DNA from: Sphingobacteriales bacterium
Lineage (GTDB): Bacteria; Bacteroidota; Bacteroidia; Chitinophagales; UBA2359
NCBI GenBank assembly: GCA_016711295.1
Contig: JADJTE010000009.1
Location: 56,919-120,918, forward strand
Reading direction: 5' to 3'
DNA length: 64,000 nt
Translations under genes and position numbers: made by a program
In this document: in pieces, positions 41,042 to 48,749 of the stretch
Layout of the letters: each line of letters starts with the position of its first letter
Numbering within the stretch: position 1 is the first letter of the stretch
Notes under the pieces: generated by a model
What the model was told of the DNA's origin: nothing
The model's database searches: none
The model's input: only the letters and a program-made list of their open reading frames with translations

Positions 41042-43021
41042 CTATGCCCTGGAAGGCAGAGCCAGCCGAAAACCGCAGTCGGTGAAGTGGTCGGCGGGCG
41101 CGTCGGTGTCGCGGCGAGCCAAACGGCAGCGGACGGCGAGGTTGCCCCACGAGCCGCCGCGCAACACACGGTAATTGCCCGATTGTGGACCGTGCGGGTT
41201 GGCTTGGGCTTCGGCTTTGTAGGAACCATACCAGTCTTGGCACCACTCCCATACATTGCCGCTCATGTCGTACAAGCCCAATTCGTTGGGTTTTTTCAGC
41301 CCCACGATTTGTGTTGAGCCGCCGCTGTTGACCGAGAAATGGGCTACATCTCCCAGTTCGTCGCTGCCGGCATATTTGTAGCCCTTGCTTTTTTGTCCGC
41401 CGCGGGCGCCATATTCCCATTCGGCTTCGGTGAGCAGGCGGTAGCCCGCGGGCAGCCCTTTTTCGACTGTCTGGGCGTTTAGTTTGCGGCAAAACTCTTG
41501 GGCATTGTCCCAGCTGACGTTGTCTACAGGCAGGCGGTTGCTGCCCCCAAAATGGCTGGGGTTACTGCCCATGACGGCGTAGTATTGGGCTTGGGTCACG
41601 GGGTATCTGCTGATATAAAAGCCCGATAGCGTGACCTCGTGTACGGGTTTTTCGCTGTCGCAGGCTTCGTCGTCGGTGCCGCCCATCCGGAAGGTGCCGC
41701 CTTCTACCCATACCATGTCGAGCGGAGTGCCATTTATATCTGCCACAAAATCGGCATCTTTGACCGGGGCTTCGGGTTCTGAGGTGGGTTCAGGACTATA
41801 GTCGTAGTTTTCGAACGTGATGGTGTGGGTGTGTGCATCGGTTTGGCGGGTGCGGTAGCTTTCTTCGTAGTCCAGCTGGTGTTGCTGCTCAATGAGCGTG
41901 AGTATATCACTGACCAAAAATAGGTCATTGAAGTATCGTTTTCTGCCCTGAAGCTGCTTGTCGGTTTCGTATACGTCGTCTTTAGTGGTGTTTGTTTTGT
42001 GCGTAACGTCTGTTTTGGCTTTGCCATCAAGTGCTCCCCAAAACGCCTTGACATCGGCATCTACGTTGCTATGGTGGTCGGTGTCGTGGCTATAGTGGTG
42101 TTCGTTTTTGGTTTTGTCCACTTGAAGCTCGATTACATCGGGTTCGTAGTCTTCTTTGCTCAACTTCTCTTTGGCAATATAAGCTTGGGAACTTTGCAGC
42201 AAAACCTCTGACTCCTTGTCTATGATGTTCATAAATTTTTCTACCAAGCCACTGAGGAGTTTGTTCGATACATCAGGCCGGTCTATCACTTGCTTGACGG
42301 CAATACTCCAGCCATCTTTTGCCAGCATTAATCGAACATCTTTGCGCTGTACCATTTTGCCTGGTGCCTCGCCTTTCAGAGAATCAGAATATTTAGTGCC
42401 CGCCACTTGTTTTGCCGTAATGGTGGTATAGTTGGTCTCGAAGGTGACTATTTGGGCATCGTATTGGCACTTGACGACAATACCCTCGGCGTTTTTCAGC
42501 ACAAAGTCCGCGTCGTCTTTGCTCATGAGCAGCGTCACGATGGCTTGTTGGTGCCCTGCGGTGCTGTCGAGTTGGTTCTGCGTGCTGCTAATGGATAGGG
42601 GAAACTCCTCGCCGTTGCAGGTAAAGTTCGTAAATTGTAGGTTATAGACCGTTTGGGCTTGGAGGCGCGTGGTGCCAAGTTGGTCATTGTCTTGGGTACT
42701 GGCAGCCAACAAGTTTTTTATTGCGCGGCTATTGAACGCTTCGTCGTTGAGGACGATATACACTTTGACGAGATATTGGTCGGGCTTGCGGGTTTTGGTC
42801 ATGGCGATTTTAAACCCGCCCTTGCCGTCGTGGGCAGGCAAGAAGAGGGGCAGATACTCGTATAGGCGGATGGTGTCGTCAGATTGTCCGCTTTTGGCAA
42901 CTACCTTGTTGATGGGGTGCGCTGGTGGTAGCGGCTTGCCGCCGTTGTAGCACATCGGGCTCAGTAGGATTACGTCGAGGGTTTTGGGCAAGTCGGTGGT
43001 TGTAATAAGTTTATTGGACAT
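41042..43021 (-). CDS. DGR target (variable) protein: unassigned ~440-aa N-terminal region + C-terminal FGE-sulfatase/C-type-lectin-fold domain carrying the VR
   Basis: This is a 659-aa ORF. The C-terminal ~210 aa, MVWVEGGTFRMGG...HEVTLSGFYISRYPVTQAQY...WEWCQDWY...[38 protein letters not shown], match the FGE-like fold used by many DGR variable proteins. The N-terminus MSNKLITTTDLPKT has no signal peptide. Confidence 0.88.
   Translation of the reverse strand: MSNKLITTTDLPKTLDVILLSPMCYNGGKPLPPAHPINKVVAKSGQSDDTIRLYEYLPLFLPAHDGKGGFKIAMTKTRKPDQYLVKVYIVLNDEAFNSRAIKNLLAASTQDNDQLGTTRLQAQTVYNLQFTNFTCNGEEFPLSISSTQNQLDSTAGHQQAIVTLLMSKDDADFVLKNAEGIVVKCQYDAQIVTFETNYTTITAKQVAGTKYSDSLKGEAPGKMVQRKDVRLMLAKDGWSIAVKQVIDRPDVSNKLLSGLVEKFMNIIDKESEVLLQSSQAYIAKEKLSKEDYEPDVIELQVDKTKNEHHYSHDTDHHSNVDADVKAFWGALDGKAKTDVTHKTNTTKDDVYETDKQLQGRKRYFNDLFLVSDILTLIEQQHQLDYEESYRTRQTDAHTHTITFENYDYSPEPTSEPEAPVKDADFVADINGTPLDMVWVEGGTFRMGGTDDEACDSEKPVHEVTLSGFYISRYPVTQAQYYAVMGSNPSHFGGSNRLPVDNVSWDNAQEFCRKLNAQTVEKGLPAGYRLLTEAEWEYGARGGQKSKGYKYAGSDELGDVAHFSVNSGGSTQIVGLKKPNELGLYDMSGNVWEWCQDWYGSYKAEAQANPHGPQSGNYRVLRGGSWGNLAVRCRLARRDTDAPADHFTDCGFRLALPSRA
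41049..41170 (-). repeat. DGR variable repeat (VR), 122 nt
   Basis: There are 22 mismatches to the TR, all within 41076-41146. Nineteen are at TR-adenine positions on the coding strand. The 27-nt and 24-nt flanks are identical. Confidence 0.88.
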
Positions 43022-43188
43022 ATACAGATAGGTCTGTTTTTTTTAAAAAAGGTGTGTGTTTGAAAAAGGAAAAAATAGCGGTGTGGCAGTAGTGGTGGCA
43101 GGGCGGTGGTTTGTGAGGTATAAGACCTTATGGGCTTTTTAAAAAAAACCCATAAGGTTTTGTGCGGTAGTGGTGGCAGCGGGGCGGT

Positions 43189-43437
43189 TTATCGCCGCTC
43201 TTCGGAACGTACTTGGTTATAGTATTGGGTCGAAACCATACCCATTAGCCATAAGGCGTGGGTCTCAGCCAATTTTTGGCTCATACCTTCTGCTTTGCCA
43301 TCGGCTATGTGTTGGCGAATTCGGTTTTGGTCGGATTCGTTGAGGGCGTTGGTGGCATTGAGCAGGTACTTGCCAATTTCTCTGGCAGTAAAGAAGCGAC
43401 CTACAAAGTCTATGGCAGTAATAAATGCGTTCAGCAT
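43189..43437 (-). CDS. small helical hypothetical protein upstream of the DGR target gene
   Basis: This is an 82-aa ORF on the same strand as the target, 167 nt upstream. I see no recognisable motif, and its coding status is uncertain. Confidence 0.4.
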   Translation of the reverse strand: MLNAFITAIDFVGRFFTAREIGKYLLNATNALNESDQNRIRQHIADGKAEGMSQKLAETHALWLMGMVSTQYYNQVRSEERR

Positions 43438-43599
43438 GATAAAATAGATATTTGGGAGTGAAAAAATAAGATTAATGTTTGGTGGTGTGTTTTGTCCCTA
43501 TTAACACAATGGGGCTTGCTTAAGTTCGCCGTTTGAGCAAAATGTGAAGCAGTTATCCGCTTGGCTGGTTGAAAAATTGAGCTAAATCATCAATTGTGT

Positions 43600-44408
43600 G
43601 GCGAACCATTTTGATGCTGCAAAGGTAAATCGGAGCTACAACACTAAGGGACTTAATCCGAAAAGGATTATATTTTTTTTCGGACCCGTCAAGGTCATGA
43701 ATGACTGCTTGAAACAATGCCCTATTTGTCTATATACCGAGAGGCGAACCGTTTTGATGCTGCAAAGATAAATCGGAGCTACAACGCTAAGGGACTTAAT
43801 CCGAAAAGGATTAGAATTTTCTCTTCGGAAATGCCCTATTTGTCTATATACCGAGAGGCGAACCGTTTTGATGCTGCAAAGATAAATCGGAGCTACAACG
43901 CTAAGGGACTTAATCCGAAAAGGATTAGAATTTTCTCTTCGGAAATGCCCTATTTGTCTATATACCGAGAGGCGAACCGTTTTGATGCTGCAAAGGTAAA
44001 TCGGAGTTACAACGCTAAGGGACTTAATCCGAAAAGGATTATATTTTTTTTCTGACTCGTCAAGGTCATGAATGACTGCTTGAAACAATGCCCTATTTGT
44101 CTATATACCGAGAGGCGAACCGTTTTGATGTTGCAAAGGTAAATCGGAGCTACAACGCTAAGGGACTTAATCCGAAAAGGATTAGAATTTTCTCTTCGGA
44201 AATGCCCTATTTGTCTATACACCGAGAGGCGAACCGTTTTGATGCTGCAAAGGGAAATCAGAGCTACAACGCTAAGGGACTTAATCCGAAAAGGATTAGA
44301 ATTTTCTCTTCGGAAATGCCCTATTTGTCTATATACCGAGTGGCGAACTGTTTTGATGCTGCAAAGGGAAATCGGACACGAGCATCGGAAATCCTTTTTG
44401 GATTAAGC
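43600..44408. repeat. tandem repeat array B (7 core copies; spacing 143/114/114/143/114/114, i.e. a 371-bp super-unit x2)
   Basis: The core ggcgaaccgttttgatgctgcaaag.taaatcggagctacaacgctaagggacttaatccgaaaaggatta starts at 43600, 43743, 43857, 43971, 44114, 44228 and 44342 (the last is partial). The array ends with an inverted copy of the taatcc/ggatta hairpin at 44388-44408. The ORFs called here are repeat-derived. Confidence 0.9.
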
Positions 44409-44666
44409 TATGCAGGGTCATGGCATTTTGTTGGCTTGATGCTTAGAGCCATACCTCGCCGTCCTGCAACTATTTTTTTGAGCTGATGGCAAGCGGAGGC
44501 AGCCTAAAAGTTTTTGGGAGTCAATAGTATTACCTTGTTCGTTAAGTCTAAATAGTTTCTGTTAAGCCAAAAATGATAAATCCTTGATTTACAGACATTT
44601 GCGATTTTTAAAAAAAATGCCGATATCTATTTACAAGGTATTATAGGGGTGTTCGCAATAAATCGG

Positions 44667-44674
44667 TATCTTTG
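44667..44674 (+). promoter_or_regulatory. candidate -7 box (TATCTTTG)
   Basis: This matches TAnnTTTG 24 nt upstream of the histidine kinase ATG. Confidence 0.45.
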
Positions 44675-44697
44675 CGGCAAGCTATCCCATTTTTATT

Positions 44698-46279
44698 ATG
44701 TCAAACGAGCATACTTTCCCCACTGGCGACCAAGCCATTGTTGCCCATAATATGGTCAAAGCGTTGGAAAACGAAAGAAAGCGCATTTCTTTCATTTTGC
44801 ACGATACTATCCAGCACCAGCTTCGGCTCATCAGAGACGAAGCCCCGCACAACATAAAGCCCCAAATCGACAGCGTGATTCAAGAATTGAGTGGCATCTG
44901 CCAGAGTTTGGTGCCCAGATCGCTTGAAGATTTTGATTTGGTGGATTACTTGCCGGTCTATATCGTCACCTTAATGCAAAAAAATTATTTTTTTATTAAT
45001 TATAAAAGTAACGTAAAACGCGCTTTTCCAAAAGAAATCGAAAGTCAGCTATATCACATACTGCAAGAGGCTATCACCAACATCATCAAGTACGCCGAAT
45101 CCCCCGCCGTACTCATCCGTTTTTGGGAATACGACGATAAACTGACCCTGTCCATACAAGATGTGGGCAAAGGGTTTGACATAAAACACGCAAGTGCCAC
45201 CTCAAACGGATTGTCATCTATGCACTTTCGGGCAGAAGCAATAGGGGGCATCTACGAAATTACGAGCGAGCCGGGCGACGGTACAAAAGTAAAAGTGACG
45301 ATTCCGAAAGATAAAATACCGCTCACCGAGCCGGTATCCGTCGCCGATATACCGCCAACGCTCTCGACAATGCCAATGGTGGCAGAGGTAAGCCCCAAAA
45401 TGAGTACTACCTCCCAATGCTTCTTGCTGCTCGACAATCAAAAAGAAGTATTGATAGGTTTGGAACAGATAATCAAAATGCACTATCCAGAGGCAAACAT
45501 TTTGACCGCCACCAATGTCGGCGATGCCTTAGCCCTACTGAGAGAGCATAGTGTCGATATAGCTATCTCGGACCTAACCCTGTTCGGCCAAACCCGGCTT
45601 TCTATTTATCCAAGAAGGAAAACAGCAAACCCCCGACACCAAATTTATCGTTTACTCCATCAACAACATACCCATATATATCGCAAGAGCGGTCAAACTA
45701 AAAGCGGACGGCTTTGTATATAAAGAAGATGAATGGGAATACGACGTACATCCACTCATAAAAGTTATGCAAGAAATAGTAGAAAGCAGTAAGCGCAGAA
45801 CGGGACCACAAACTTATTTTAGTAAAAAAATGAATGAAATTTACGAAACAATTAAAGAAAAAGCCAAGTCATCTAATATCGATAAAGACAGTATTAATAA
45901 AAATGTTTTTCTTATTTACGTAAAAATATTAAAAGATAAAAATTTTAAACCAAAAGAACATAAAACATTACACAAGGAGATTTACGATGCATTCAAAGAA
46001 ATTTATGAGCTTTATTATGAGAACAAACACAGAGGATTAAAAAAACATATAACAGAAAAAGGATATGATATAAAAAAATACGAAAAATTATTAAACAAAA
46101 TGGGTAGATCAAAAGAAAGAAAAGATTTCTCAGAAAAACAGATCGAAACTTTCGGAAAATATTTTAGGAATTTCAAACTCATATTGGAGGAACTAGATGA
46201 CAACGACAGATTCGGGCATCATTCTTTGCGTGAGCTATGTGAGGTATTTTGGGCAGAACTGGGAGATGACCCAGAGTAA
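44698..46279 (+). CDS. sensor-less hybrid histidine kinase (HisKA_3 + HATPase + receiver) with an A/T-rich Lys-rich C-terminal extension; one frame break (~45585-45596)
   Basis: The H-box is ENERKRISFILHDTIQHQL and the ATPase motifs are ILQEAITNIIKYA and DVGKGF. The receiver reads FLLLDNQ...ISDL...IVYS...LKADGFVYK. By my translation the receiver frame runs without a stop into ORF 45767-46279. Confidence 0.7.
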
Positions 46280-46381
46280 TACGGCATGTATTTCGGGGAA
46301 TTGCCTCATGAGTCCATCAAACCGCCCTACAAACAGGATTAAAACAAAAGGCGCAGAGCCTAAATAGTTACAAATATAGGT

Positions 46382-48049
46382 ATGAGACCATTTATTATAC
46401 TGCTTGGCATCGTTTGTTTTGTCAATACCACTTACATAGCAGGGCAAACTCCTGCGTTCCCGGGTGCCGAGGGCTTTGGAGCCAATGCCACAGGAGGGCG
46501 CGGCGGGCAAGTTATCTATGTAACCAACCTCAATTGCAATGGGCCAGGCTCGCTAAACGAAGCCTTAGCCGTACCCGGTGCTAAATATATTTTGTTTAAA
46601 GTAAGCGGCGTTATACAATGTGCCGCCCAAGTACTATATGGCGATGTCACCTTAGCAGGGCAAACCTCGCCCGGAGGCATTATTGTTCGCGGGCTGGTGG
46701 TCGATGAAATATACGAACCCGAAGGCACAGGCAACAATATAATTGTAAGGCATTTGCGCTCGCGCCCACAAAACCCCGATACCTACCCCGGAACAGGATG
46801 GATATTAGACGATGGGCTTAGGTTAGATGGTGCCCAAGATATTATAGTTGACCACTGCTCCTTTGCTAATGCCCTTGACGAAGCCACCCAAATATCGAAC
46901 AGCCAAAATATAAGCATTCAATATTGCCAATTAGCCGAAACCATTGGCTATCATTATATTTATGGCGGCATGTTGATTAACTATTCCGAACCCGACCACC
47001 CACAACAAAACATCAGCATACACCATAACGTATGGAACAGAATTGGCGGGCGTTTCCCCGAAATCTCTTGCGAATCGCCGTACTGCAATGCTTATCCATT
47101 AAATATCGAACTATCCAATAATCTGTTGTGGGATATTAATACAACCCTATGGTACGGCGCCAATATTGACCCATCGGGCGAGGATTATAGCTTTTTTGTG
47201 CATCTCAACTTTATAAATAATTATGCCGTTGGACGAGCCACCTATACCGAGGCAATGGCTGCTTCGAGCCTACTGAACTACCCACAAAACCAGCTATTTT
47301 CTTCTGACAATAGATTGAACCTCTACCCATCTTATGCCGATTACGATTTGTTCTATTGCTGTAACGATTTTAATTTGTATAACCCTAATACCGACTTGGG
47401 CATTGCTACCATATTAAGCACACCGCACAGTTTTCCCGCCATAACTTACCAAGCAACCAATAACCTACAAGCTCATTTGTCTCAACGAGTAGGTGCTTTT
47501 CCGCGCGATTCGATGGATAGGCGTTTGTTAGCCTCTGTTCAGAACAATACCATCAACCCATCGCCATTAAGCGACTTGGAGTTTGTTACTACCAGCGATG
47601 CTTTTTTGTTAGATGCCGATACCCCGCAAGCCCCCCAAGATACGGATAATGACGGTATGCCTAATTATTGGGAAACAGCCCACAGCTTAAATAATAGCCT
47701 GCAAGACCACAACAATACCAATTTATCGGTTTCTATAACGGGCATACCGGGCTACACAAACCTCGAATGTTACCTAAACTGCCTTGCAGATGCCTTGGTA
47801 AATGGCGGTTCAAGCCCCGAATGTGGCATACAATTAGCCAATTGCACTTTTGCCCCAAACATAACAGGCACCGCCCTTGCTTGCAATAACCAATTACAAA
47901 CATATTCGGTCGAGGCTATTGCAGGCAGTACCTATGTGTGGACGGTGACAGGCGGAACTATTCTAAACGGACAAGGCACCCACCAAATCGTAGTGCAATG
48001 GAGCAATGAAACATTAGGAACGGTAAATATTTTGCAAACTACCCCGTAA
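46382..48049 (+). CDS. secreted pectate-lyase-like right-handed beta-helix protein with a C-terminal PKD-like module
   Basis: It has a signal peptide. The N-terminal PAFPGAEGFGANATGGRGGQVIYVTNLNCNGPGSL is typical of PL1-like lyases. A DTDNDGMPNYWE calcium-type motif is present. The last ~65 aa resemble the C-terminus of ORF 21579-23075. Confidence 0.65.
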   Translation: MRPFIILLGIVCFVNTTYIAGQTPAFPGAEGFGANATGGRGGQVIYVTNLNCNGPGSLNEALAVPGAKYILFKVSGVIQCAAQVLYGDVTLAGQTSPGGIIVRGLVVDEIYEPEGTGNNIIVRHLRSRPQNPDTYPGTGWILDDGLRLDGAQDIIVDHCSFANALDEATQISNSQNISIQYCQLAETIGYHYIYGGMLINYSEPDHPQQNISIHHNVWNRIGGRFPEISCESPYCNAYPLNIELSNNLLWDINTTLWYGANIDPSGEDYSFFVHLNFINNYAVGRATYTEAMAASSLLNYPQNQLFSSDNRLNLYPSYADYDLFYCCNDFNLYNPNTDLGIATILSTPHSFPAITYQATNNLQAHLSQRVGAFPRDSMDRRLLASVQNNTINPSPLSDLEFVTTSDAFLLDADTPQAPQDTDNDGMPNYWETAHSLNNSLQDHNNTNLSVSITGIPGYTNLECYLNCLADALVNGGSSPECGIQLANCTFAPNITGTALACNNQLQTYSVEAIAGSTYVWTVTGGTILNGQGTHQIVVQWSNETLGTVNILQTTP

Positions 48050-48177
48050 GCCCGCTAACAACACAGCCGCTGAACAATGTGCTGCCGAAAAGCCACCAAA
48101 TGCCTAATAGAACGCCCCAAAAAAGACCAAACAGCTTATTACAGCGGTAAAAATGGCAAAAATTTGACCCAAAAAGC

Positions 48178-48390
48178 AGCAGCGCAAGCACATAGAACGA
48201 TTGGCGTTTCAAGTTCAAACTCGTGGGATTTCGCCCCTATGGGGCTTTGACTTTGATGTTGTTTGGGTTTTCTATTAGCATGTCGCTCCTACGGAGCTAT
48301 TAGGATGCCGCCCTTAAATGGGGCTATCGCTACGGTGGCTATCTCTTCGGCGGTTAAGCCGTAAAGTTGGCAAACCATGCAGTCTATTTG
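48178..48390 (+). repeat. ~206-bp direct repeat, copy 2 (partner 38064-38269)
   Basis: See copy 1. The minus strand here also carries a gene remnant, ...KALERQIDCMVCQLYGLTAEEIATV... Confidence 0.8.
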
Positions 48391-48548
48391 CCGCTCTAAT
48401 GCCTTGGCATAGCATTCATTGCGCAAATATGCCGATTTTTTAGAAACTGTAAAAACCTATACGTTAGGTCTCCTACAAGGAAAAAGCTACCTAATAGAGA
48501 CAATCACTATTAGGTAGCACTAACCCACAAAAATAGGGGCAAAATATG

Positions 48549-48637
48549 CGGAAAAGGAGGGATTCGAACCCCCGGTGCCTATTACTAAGCACACCTGATT
48601 TCGAGTCAGGCCCATTCAACCGCTCTGGCACTTTTCC
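48549..48637 (-). tRNA. tRNA-Ser (anticodon CGA)
   Basis: The minus strand reads GGAAAAG-TG-CCAGAGCGGTTGAATGG-G-CCTGA CTCGAAA TCAGG, then a long variable arm (GTGC..GCAC), then GGGGG TTCGAAT CCCTC-CTTTTCC-G. This gives a 7-bp acceptor stem, the T-loop TTCGAAT and a class II variable arm. Confidence 0.92.
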
Positions 48638-48749
48638 GAATTTGTGTTAGGATATTTCCGACACACATTAGGTTGCAAATGTACGGCGTTTCTGAATAAT
48701 TGCCAAGCCATCGAACAAATTAATTTTGTTCTTCTTTCTTGTGTGTGCG

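Noticed and set aside
43600-44408. Array B looked CRISPR-like at first glance (regular repeats containing a hairpin).
   Set aside because: The inter-repeat segments are themselves identical and come in only two linker types. The periodicity is 114 or 143 nt, and no cas genes are nearby. It is a tandem repeat, not a repeat-spacer array.
38064-48390. The interval could be a classical integrase-mediated integrative element.
   Set aside because: No tyrosine or serine recombinase, excisionase or conjugation or phage genes lie in the interval. I kept it only as an island hypothesis based on the flanking direct repeats and the tRNA proximity.
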